Below, piece after piece: positions 26,835 through 38,800 of a stretch of DNA of 64,000 bases. This DNA comes from Hormiphora californensis (lineage: Eukaryota > Animalia > Ctenophora): contig CM035355.1 of NCBI GenBank assembly GCA_020137815.1, positions 4,650,001-4,714,000 on the forward strand, in the 5' to 3' direction. Under the pieces are notes generated by a model that saw only the letters and a list, made by a program, of their open reading frames with translations, was not told where the DNA came from and ran no database searches. The translations under genes and the position numbers were made by a program. Position 1 is the stretch's first letter; the number at the start of each line of letters is the position of its first letter.

Positions 26835-29800
26835 TTAAAGTTCTGAATGTGCGTCCTTCTTTGGAGTTGGCTTGTCTTTTTCCGTTTTGACTTGGGAAGT
26901 TGAGGCAGCTGAAAATTTAGGGGTCAGAAAGAAGTAAATAATTATGTGATTAGGGTGAAATTAATTCGGTAATTAAAATAAGGATCGAAAAATTAGTATC
27001 ACAGAAATAAGTTTACCCTTTTCTAAGATCTCCTTTTGTTTCCTATCATACTGCCTCCACTCTGGTGCTATTCTCATCGCCCGATCCAACTTGGGCTCTT
27101 TCGTTTGGGGATTATTACACTATGGTAGGGGGAGAGAAACTTGTTAATTTTAAAGAAATTTTAGAGAACGAAAGCTGAATATTTGGGTCCTAAAGTAGGG
27201 CTAAGCTGCCATCACACAGCTTCTAAACCATCTAGCCCAGCTCGGGAATATGTCACCCTTACTTTATCTATGCAGCTAAGTGCTATGATGTCACACTCAC
27301 CAGATCAATAGTTTTAGCAGTAGCCTTGCTGGAATCTGAGCACCATGTCTCACACCACAACCACTCCTGGGGCAGGGACTTGATGGGAACTTGGTGTATC
27401 ATGTTGTTGGGCAGGTCCTGGTCCAGGTTGGCTAACGAGTTGGGATCCTGACTGAGACCCTGGTAGGAAGAGAGGGGGTTAGAGACCCTGGTAGGAAGAG
27501 AGGGGGTTAGAGACCCTGGTAGGAAGAGAGTGGGTTAGAGACCCTGGTAGGAAGAGAGGGGGTTAGAGAGTTTTGAAACCCTGGTAGAAAGAAGGGGTTA
27601 GAGAGAGTCTTGGAATAGATGAAAAGGTTCACTTAAAGATTGGTCAGAGCATTGGCCCGATCCTATTCTCATTGCGCAACCCTATTCTCAATGTGCGAGA
27701 ACAGCGGTCAGATCATTGACCTGACAGCAAGTCTATGAATTTCGAACCTGGTATTGTCCCCTGAGCCGATCCCCTGCACTGATCAGCCTGAACCTCTGTA
27801 GATCCACCACATATAAAGCACTAATGTGGTACGCCCTGCCCATTAGGTGGTTCCTCCAGTATCTGGGTAAAGTTGGGGAGAAAGGGGTGGAGACAGCAAG
27901 TGTACAGGGGTGGTGTTAAAATATCATGATGATGTCATGATCTTTTTACCCACAAATTCACACGAATTCACTAATTCACACTAACCCCTGTTTCCAGAAG
28001 CGGAACCCGTCCATCTCCGGCCTGTCATCACAGAAGGGAGTGTACCCGTAGGGAGCCCCACCCAGATCCAGATCCACCAACTCCTTCATGTCAGCACGGA
28101 CTATCTGGTCAGCATCTGGGGGGGGGGGGGTCAATCGACAATGGAGGGAGGCGGCCAGCATCGGGAGAGGTGGGAGGAGGAGGAGGGGGTCAATTGGTTG
28201 CCTTGCTAGACCCTTTCTCACCGGGAGGATAACAAGTCAATGGAGGGGTATTAAGTTAGAAGGGGGAGTAGAAAGTGTTGATTCGGGATCTAGCGAAGGG
28301 TTTGGTGAGGAAATTGAGAGATGACATACCGACAAAGATGATTTTCTTGAGGTTCATAGGGAAGAGAACATCCAAGAAGAGAATCTTGTAACCCCAGATA
28401 ATCCTCTGTTTCTCAGACTGAGCAGTCAGCCAACTAGGCCACTGGTACTGCACAAACTCTACCTCACATCCGAGAGCACTGGCAAGTGCCGGGATGGAGT
28501 TGATGAATTTGGGAGAGAGGTAGTTTTTGAGGAACCAGAATTTGACTGGGTTCTTGGTGTGTGCTAACACTGACTGCATCATTACCCTGGAAAGAACACG
28601 ACGTGTTAATTAATAATTAGGCAATGGAATTTAATCAGCGGCGTGATTTAAGGGTACGCTAACCAAAAATTTTTTTCGAGTGCAGGGAAATCTCTCACCG
28701 TAGGGTTGTAGGCCATGCCAAGGAGACCTCAAATATGCAATTTGAGCTCTCAAGTCGAATTCATATTTTTGCTACAGCTGTTAAAAAAATGTACTGAAAA
28801 AACGTTTTTGGCATCTCGAAAAATTTTTTTTAAAGATAGGAGCATGAAAATTTGGGGATTTGAAGAGGACATAAAGGTGAATAACCACAAAATTTTTTTT
28901 TGCAATCCGAGCTGATTTCCAGTCCTGAGATGGATTTCTTTTTTTCCACTTTAACGCCCTATTTGGCAAAGTTCCGAAAACATGTGAAAGCTGTAAATTG
29001 GTGAAAAGTTGCGTCTAACGATTATCTAAGTGGCCATAAATTTTGGGCGTGTCCTTATTTGAGGTGTGTCGTACAGAGTTTTTTTTTGTGAAAGCCGTCA
29101 TTTCAGAAATAAATAAATTCCCTGTATCTCAAAAACGGCTGATCGTAGAGACCTGAGACTATGCTTAAACGATTCAGAAGGTCCGATTTTGGGGGGGTCT
29201 TCTGAGAGACATTTTGCTCCTACTTCAACCGTTTTTGCTGTAATTGCGAAAAACGAAAACCCATCATCGCCATCGTGGATTTTTTGTGATTTTGTTTTTG
29301 ATGATTATAGGGACCCATATGGACCAAATAGTGAAGGAATTAGCTTGTTAAACATTTTTCCATAGTTTCGGCCCTTTCTTAGCTAAAATTCCCTAATTAC
29401 AGGATATTGGAGTTTAGCCTTTGCCCTTTTCATAGAATTTGTTTTTCGCAATTACAGCAAAAACGGTTGAAGTAGGAGCAAAATGTCTCTCAGAAGACCC
29501 CCCCAAAATCGGACCTTCTGAATCGTTTAAGCATAGTCTCAGGTCTCTACGATCAGCCGTTTTTGAGATACAGGGAATTTATTTATTTCTGAAATGACGG
29601 CTTTCACAAAAAAAACTCTGTACGACACACCTCAAATAAGGACACGCCCAAAATTTATGGCCACTTAGATAATCGTTAGACGCAACTTTTCACCAATTTA
29701 CAGCTTTCACATGTTTTCGGAACTTTGCCAAATAGGGCGTTAAAGTGGAAAAAAAGAAATCCATCTCAGGACTGGAAATCAGCTCGGATTGCAAAAAAAA

Positions 29801-32800
29801 ATTTTGTGGTTATTCACCTTTATGTCCTCTTCAAATCCCCAAATTTTCATGCTCCTATCTTTAAAAAAAATTTTTCGAGATGCCAAAAACGTTTTTTCAG
29901 TACATTTTTTAAACAGCTGTAGCAAAAATATGAATTCGACTTGAGAGCTCAAATTGCATATTTGAGGTCTCCTTGGCATGGCCTACAACCCTACGGTGAG
30001 AGATTTCCCTGCACTCGAAAAAAATTTTTGGTTAGCGTACCCTTAATACTTATATCTTCGTATCTAAAAACTAATAACTGCTAATTACTCAGTTGATTAA
30101 CTGCTAATTAACCGCTACCTACCAGGAACCGACCGAAACAAGTAAACGACCAATCAGAACTCGTTATTTAGGTCACATGACTGGTTATCAGCCAATCAGG
30201 GACCAGTATTTCCTGATTCGGTCGGTTCCTGCTGCCTACTCACCCTAACATCCGCTCATAAAGATGACCTGATGCAACGGAGAAGATGTGAATGGTTTCG
30301 TTAGTACTGCTGACCTTGCCACCACTACCTCCACTGTCCCCTCCGACAAGACTGAGGGAGAATATAGGGTGATGGGGGAAACATGTTATAGGGTGATGTT
30401 AAAACTGGAGAGATTCAGCCTGTTTTACTAAATTCTTTTTTCTTTTTGTGTCTTTTCTTTCTGCTTAGTTGGGAGAAATGGGATATATTTTGGAGGAGTT
30501 TTAAAAATTCCATTCTTAGGATACAACTTGCATGGCATTTGAGAAACTTCTATACCGAGGCATGCATATGCAGAGGGAATGCTTTTTTGTAAAAAGTGAA
30601 TGGTGAATATTGCAGAATATTGGCTTCTGCGGACAGGAGAATGCTTGGGGAAATGCAGTTTAGTGGAATGCTAGTTTATTGGAAAATGGGAATAATGGTT
30701 TGTGGGATAAAAGGGGGTTACAGCATGGGAGAATATAATGCTGCAGTGAACACGTACAATTCTACCGTGGAGGAAAACATCCTGAAAACGAAATTAAGAA
30801 ATCAAACTGTACCCATCAAATTGTACCCATCACCGACAATAATTGTGTTTGTTGGGGGCTAGGGGGCTGTGTTAATTCTTACTTTTTAAGTGAACTCCAA
30901 ATACCACCATCGCCACCACTCTCTCCTGTTCCGGTGGGAGGCTTTTGCTGTTGCTCATTTTCAGCCGAGATACTTCTGTCATGCATTCCTGGCTTCTTAG
31001 TAGCCTGAAAAAGTGGGGGATTGGGAGAGAGTGAACAATTTGAGAACAACTGGTATTTTCCCTTTTTTGAAGGAATCTTCACGGTACTAAACAGGAACTA
31101 TGACATCCAAATAACGGTATACAGTAGGTTTATATCACCCAAACAATAGTAGACAGTGTCTTGTATCACCCTACTACAGGAGTTATGACAGCCAAACAGT
31201 AGACAGTGAGTCTGTCAACAGTGAGTCTGTATCACCCTACTCACATCAACAGTAATGAAAGTACTGGTAAGATCTCCCACAGTGATAGTGACATCACCAG
31301 TACCCTCGTTCAGATCCCCAGGACCATCAACCCCTGTTATCCGGTATATCTCCCTACTGGGTCCCTCCCGGAGAGAGAGCCTCCACACGCCTGGTCCCGC
31401 TTTTAGTTGGAAGTAACCCTGGGAAGGCAGTGTTTAGAAAAGCAGATCTAATATATTTGGAGATACAATTCATAATTATTTTCTCTCCTTTGCTTCCATT
31501 CTATCTCTCTCTCACTTAATTTTGCACATCTCTCTCCTTCTCTTTTTGCCCGTACCAGATTTGCCATAACAATAGTATCATGTCTCTTCTCCCCCGACAC
31601 CAGATCGTATTGTAGACCCTTGGTGGGATTGTTATAACGTAGGGGGTCGTGGGAGTGTCCTTCTATCACTAGATAATCCAGGGTATACTCAGCGTGCACT
31701 CCTGGAAGTGGGTTAGAGTTGTTGTCATGGTAACCGAAATGTGTAACCATGGTTACTGGAATGTGTAACCATGGTTACTGGAATGTGTAACCATGGAAGA
31801 ACTTCTTCCATGGTTAAACTAATATGTATCCCTTCAATATGTATCCCTTCCGAAGAAGCTTACTGAAAGGATTGGTTGAATATCTGTGATGGCTACTGCT
31901 GACTGCAAAACTTGGTAACCAAAATGGGTAACCATGGCAACCATATAACTAACAAATCAGCGCCGAGAGGAAGTGTTTAACTCACCATCCTTGACATCAT
32001 TTAGTCGGATATTATCAAGATCATGAGGGCTATTAGTGGACGCCACCATCCAATTAACAGGAGTAGAGAGGGACATGGTGAGGAGAAGGTGGGGTAGGAG
32101 ATCAGTGAAATGTGACCCAACTTCTGCTATCTCACCCGTCTCTTTGTCGAATCGGAGTTCAGGTTCCAGGACGTATCGGTAGAACCGTTGTACTGGGATC
32201 TCCGATAGTTTTTCTGAGAGGGAACAAGGAGGTGTTAGAGTTATACATCATTCATCACCAGGTATTATACCGGGGTTAGAGCACCCTGTGAACTATGATT
32301 GTGCATGGTAGTTTTAGAGCACGGGTGTCTGCAGAGGATATATGTACATATATTTGCAGGACAGTAATATCCATGCGTATGTCTGAGAGTCGAGACAGAA
32401 AGAGAGAATATTTCTAATATAAGGAGGGTGTTGGTTTGTTCATTTCAGTGATTAGAGGTCGAGTGAGAGAGAACAAGAAAGATAAATAGGGAGAGGTAAG
32501 GAGAACAAGAGAGATAGTTAGGGAGAGAACAAGAGAGATAGATAGATAGGGAGAGAAAAAGAGAAGCAAGCAATAAATACACCCTCAAATTCAATACTAA
32601 CATGGACTCGTGTGGTTGCACGGGTCCCACCACCGACAATAGAAACACACGTACGAACGGACAAAGAGGACAACAAATCTAACAGAGGATTGTTTGTCTG
32701 TTGTCTTCCTAATGGTTGTTTTTTTCTGTGATAGAAACAGAAAAACAGAATTGCAAACATTAGAAAGACAACAGCAAACAAACAGACCAACAACAGACAT

Positions 32801-35800
32801 ACCGAGTCGGTATTACCGACAGACAAACAGACTGACAAACAAACCCTACCGATCGGATTTAGGAAGATGGTAAGACTGATAAGTTTCGCCTGGTGAAGGA
32901 CAGCCAGAATCTGACTGATCTGTTGGGCTCCCTTACTAAGGGGATCCAAAACTGCTTCAACCTGACATGGGAGGGTTATTTCAATCTAATGTTCAATGAC
33001 ATGGGAGGGTTATAAGTTCGGGTTCAATGTTCAATGTTCATCTTCAGTGGGCTAGGTGATCCATCCACCTCTGAAAACAAGGAGAGATTCCCTGGGCCTC
33101 ATAACACATTCTAACCTAGATCTAACCCCCGGATCACAAAATATATTCTAACCTGGAAGGGCCCTTCACCGGGGATCTTCACGGCGGAATGTTCTTTTTT
33201 CAATTCTGGGAAAGATATCCTCTTAGTGGCTTCCTCCTGAACCCTCAGAATTGAAGCAGCTCTCATAATCGTATCCGATTCAGCGTTATTACCCAATATC
33301 TCTGCTATTTTGTCTGGGAAGGAGAAAGGGTTGGTTTCTTACAGTCCAATAAATGGTTGGTTATGCGGGGTTATGCGGTAACTGCGGTCAGCGAGAAATA
33401 CGTCTCGCTCTCACGGTCTAGACTCTAGATTTCCTGGTGATTTTGAGATATCTAAAGTCTAGACCGTTAAATCATAATCAGAGGACCTAGCAGCTTTTAG
33501 GCCGGGAGTTAGACTCCTTGGAGCGTTTGAGGCGATATATGCTTTACATATTCCGAATCGCAGCACTAACAAACAAAGAAAACCTACCAGCTCCGAGCCG
33601 TAGTTCAATAGTTTCCAACAGGACCAAGTCTTGTCCCGTGATGGGGGAAGATGGGGTGATAACACGACCATTACAGAGGATAGCTGATGAGGTAGCATGT
33701 AGAATAACACGTGCTACTTCAGAGTGAGACCTGGATGGAAGAGGTGGGATTAGCGGTGAAGTTTAGTCTACTTCTAGATCCCATTATATAGCAAAGGCAC
33801 AGGCAAAAGTCAAGGAGCTTCTACAGTGAACTCAAAGTTCAATTTAGGAGAGGTAATAGAAAAAGTCGAAAAGAGAAAGTCAAAAGGGAGAGACCTATAA
33901 TCTAGATCTCTCGCTCTCTCCCTCTCTCATTTCCTTACTTGACAAGTTCGATAAACGCAGCTCGATCTCCATTTCCTGCAGCCTGTAGTACTGCTTCCTT
34001 CAGCTTCCCAACATCTCTCTCCCCGCCGGAGAGGGCGGAGTATAGCACGAAACTGGCATCAGTATCAGCAGCGAAGATGAATGAGACTCGTGTCTTGGTC
34101 AACTGAGCAGGTGGGGCATTTTAGGATATTCGAGGGAGAAAAACTCTGGGTTAAATTGTTGAGGATGGGGTTTTTAGGGGCCCACCCTGTAACTCTATCC
34201 TACCTTGCTCAAGGAGTCCAGGACGGTAGTCAGTAGACCATCCGAATCTGTCCCAGCAACGATTGTCATGGAAACTGGGAGGCTCTGATCTCCACCCAAC
34301 CAGATTGAATATCGGAGTAGCTCGTCAAACTTCTCATAGACTTCATCTGATGGGTGATGGGGAGGGTGAGATTCCTTCCTACGCCTGATGGAGTGCGGGC
34401 CGGGGCTAACGTCTAGCACAACCCTACTAAAAGGGATGTAGCAAGCGATAGTGTCTAAAGACTCCATCTCTGGAGAGCATACCCAGGGGACAAACCACAC
34501 ACCCCCTGTAATGGGTCTCTCCATCTAACATGGACTAACCCAACCCCTTAATCAAGATTCAAAAATTCCAAACTACTAACAAATTCACTCCAGGTACAAT
34601 GGTAGAAAACCAGCAGAGACAGGAGTTAAACACTTCATTATATTATTACCCAGGGGCTCTTTTACGTTCCCCTGTAACTACCAGAGCCAAGTTTTGGGAC
34701 GGGGCAACTACAGGGATGCCCAAATCAAATGGGCTACCCTTGCTCCCGACCTTACATAACCTAACTAAAGAACCAATATATAGGCCAATAGGGTGTGTAA
34801 TTCGCCGACCCCCAGGCCACGGGGCCTTAATTCCGTGGTCACGAGGCGTCTCTTCTTTCCCTTTTAAAACAACGGGGCATATCATTACTGACCCGCCATA
34901 ATCCCATGCTATATGGAGAATTATATTACCTTCACAAACCATCTAAGTGAGGACTCTCACTACCCTTATCTCCCCCAAATAGCTAGAGGACTCTCAGCAA
35001 CTCCGCACAGGGCCCCCATCCCAGGAGGGCCCTCCAGGGAGCACCCTCTATCCAGGGAGCACCCTCCATTACATGAGGGCACCAGCCCCTGTAAAACGGG
35101 ACTATCGCCCGTAAGAGAAGCTGACCTACTAAATGATGGAGATTCGGGCAGTGTAGCGACAGGGAAAGGGCAGAAGAGTCAAATCGCAGCCCCGAATAGT
35201 GCAGGTGGAATCCAAATGACCCTCCGAAAGGAAGGGACAGGGAGGTCCAACACTGCCCGCGGAGCCCAAGACAATCTGCCGCCCCCACCCCAGGAGGAGG
35301 GGCAGCAGAGTCTAGGGCCGCCTCCAGGACCCTCAGCAGCCAAGAAAATAAGTAAAAACATCAGAGTAACACAAATTAACCTCCATAAAAGTCATGAAGC
35401 ATGGGATGACATAATCACCTGTAACCAAACACGATCACAAATTATTCTAGCCCAAGAACCACCTATAATAGGGAAAACATCTAAAGTCAGAGCCAGCGGA
35501 GGATTCTCTGCCCTATATGACAAAAGGGCTCAGAGACCACGTGCGAGCATCTTAATCAATAGTAACCTAGGGAGGAACGTATTTCTCCTTGACAAATTCA
35601 CTGACAGGGATACAGTCACTATCCTTGTCAAACTGGGCACCAAATCAGTCATTTTATGCTCAATGTACATGGACAGAGAGCTAGAATGCCCTCCTAAATT
35701 ACTAGGAGAGTTGGCAGCCCACGCAAAAAGAAATAACCTGAAACTAGTAATTGGATCTGATACCAACGCCCACAACACTAGTTGGGGGGCACTGGTTAAA

Positions 35801-38800
35801 GATCCTATTGGGAAGAAGAGGGGAGATGCACTATTAGATGCCATTGTAGATCTTGATCTGCATGTATCGAACGTGAATTGCCCCCACACTTTCGACAATG
35901 GAACAAGAAAAAATGTGCTAGATCTTACCATGACCAACAACCATGCACTGGACATGATACAAGACTGGCAGACAGTAGAAGGAAAATGCAGATCCGACCA
36001 CGTACCCATCACATTTGTGTTGAGGGACATGGACGGTAGCAAGATCCGCTCTTTCTACAATATTAAGAAAACAAACTGGGCCCTATATAGACAACTCGTG
36101 GAAAAGGGCCTAGAAGAAACAGGACTGACAGAAATGGTAATATCAAACGCCGAAGAACTTGAAACAGCCAACGAAAAACTAATAGAACTAATGCTGTGGG
36201 CATACTACAAGTGTACCCCAAAAACATACGTTTCCGCCCACTCCAAAGACCCCCCGTGGCTCAGTGGGGAGGTCAAGGCAGCTAGGGAAGAAATGTTTGA
36301 TAAACTGAGACACGCCCAGACCACGAAAGTGCATCAAGACTGGGACTCAGCAAAAACAGCTCGAAACAAATACACAAAAACCAAAAACCAGTCTAAATTT
36401 AAAAACTGGAAAATATGGGCTGAAGATCTCGATGCATATTCAGATGCCCAGAAGGTTAGCCAAGTGCTCAAGAACAGTAAAGATTATAATCTCAGCTGTA
36501 TCTTTGACGCAAATGGTGAACTATCACAGTCCCCTAAAGAAACCCTCCAGATAATGGCAGAGGTTCACTTTGGCGAGGACCACTCAACTAGACCCTCCCT
36601 CAAGGACAAAACTGAAGCCCCAGAAGGGGAGTGGTCTGATGAAAAAACATTCTCGAAAACACGTATCATCAAGGCGCTGAGGGAATTTAAACCCTTAACA
36701 GCTGCTGGGCCGGATGGCATCAGGCCCATCATGATGCAAAAAGTAGCAGACATTATTGCTGAACCATTTGCAAAGATAGCTAAGGCATCGTACAGTCTAG
36801 GGGTAACCCCCAAATCCTGGCAGGAAGCAGAAGCCATCTACCTGCCCAAGCCAGGAAAGGATGACTATCGTATGCCTAAATCATACCGAACAATAACCCT
36901 TGCGTCAAACCTCCACAAACTCATGGAACGGTTAATTCTATGGCACATTGAGGTAGACCAAAAAGTACACAAAAAATTAAACAAGTCGCAATATGGATTT
37001 AGAAGAGGCGTTTCAACAGAAACAGCCCTCCATAAAGTAGTACGCAAACTCGAAGGCACCCTCATGCACAAGGGCATTGCCCTGGGTACGTTCTTGGACA
37101 TCGAGGGAGCCTTCGATAATGTGGCATTCCAAGCTATGGAAAGAGCCCTTCATGCAAAGCTACGCGACAAAAGAACAGCGGTCTGGATCACCTACATGAT
37201 CTCAAACCGCGAAATAACCACGAACCTAATGGAAGAGTCCCTTACTATAAGAGCCACCCGGGGTTGTCCCCAGGGAGGAATACTTTCCCCGTTCCTATGG
37301 AACCTGGTAATGGACGATCTACTAAACCATAGCAAAAAGAATATACCAGGTGAACTACAGGGCTTCGCGGATGACTTATGTCATATAGTAGCAACCACAA
37401 TGCCCTCCGGAAGAAATGGACCCTCTGCGGACATACTCCCTCTAAGGGACGCGACCCAGAAGGGGCTTAATTCCATAAACGCCTGGTGTAAGACAGTAGG
37501 GCTCAAACTAAGTGCCCTGAAATCACATGTAGTCATATTCACCCATCGAAAAAATGTGAAAATTGGAAACCCGATCAAAATTCAGGGTAACCCTATCAAA
37601 GTGTCCGAATCCACGAAGTTTCTAGGGATTACCCTTGACAGCAAACTGAACTGGAACGAGCACGTAAACAAACAAATAAAAAAAGCAAAAAATATCCTGA
37701 TGCAGTGCCGTAAAGTGGTGGGACCCACGTGGGGACTAAACCCTAAAACGGCCCTATGGATATACACTGCAATAGTGAGACCCACCTTATGCTACGGGGC
37801 AATGGTCTGGGCTAATGCAATGCGAACCAAAACAAACAAAGAAAACATGATAAGGGTACAGAGGCTAGCACTCAAGATGGTAACTGGGGCCATGCCCTCG
37901 ACGCCATCAACAGCCCTAGACACAATCACAAACACCGCCCCGATCACCGACCATCTGAGGTACTGTGCAGCCAAAACTGCATACACCCTAATGGCAACGG
38001 GAGAATGGGAAGGGCCAATAAAATCAGACCTAAAGACCCCAAAAGTGTTCACTTCGCATGCCAACACGGTATCACGTGATCTCAGAACTCTGGAAGCAGA
38101 GGGCAGATGTCACGATCTCACAACCCCGGAACTCACCCTAGACAGGGAATTCTCGTTAGAGATCCCAGAAAGGGAGACGTTTTTGGAGGATGGAGACAAG
38201 TACACGATAGTTGCACACACTGATGGGTCAAGAATTAACAACAATGCCGGTGCAGGATACATTATCCACTCTGGCGAAACAGAGCTAGCTCGAAATTCGT
38301 ATAACCTAGGCCCCGAAGGAACTGTCCCGGCGGCAGAAATGTATGCCATACAACAGACGGCTCAATATCTCCTGGATAGGGGAACAGCTAACGAGCGAAT
38401 ACTCATAAACTGTGACAGTCAAGGGACAATAAAGACCCTAGACTCCACGACATGCAGATCAAAAACCACGATAAAGACTATCAAAAATCTGAACACCCTA
38501 GCCATATTCAACGATGTCATGATTAGATGGATCCCGGCCCATCAAGGGTACGATGGAAACGAAATAGCAGACATCTTGGCAAAAAGGGGTGCTCAGGAAA
38601 TCGAAGAAGTTACTCTCATACCAATTCCCAAAGCGGCAGCCTATGCAGCCCTCAGGGAGAAGGTTAAAACCGGACCCATCAAACAAACCAAACATATGGA
38701 CATGATGTGGACCGAAAGATATGAGAGACCTCTTCAAAAACTTAATAGAACAGACCTAAGGGCGGCGACACACCTACTCACAGGGCACTGCCACCTTAAC

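Noticed and set aside
28715-29979. Pairs of identical small ORFs on opposite strands (also 16840/18003)
   Set aside because: They are mirror images from inverted-repeat arms, with no protein family features.
34363-34912. gag-like ORF1 of the retrotransposon
   Set aside because: Only short ORFs, without CCHC knuckles or RRM-like features.
35530-38349. Antisense ORFs within the retrotransposon, COG3 and PNO1
   Set aside because: These are shadow ORFs of strongly coding opposite strands.
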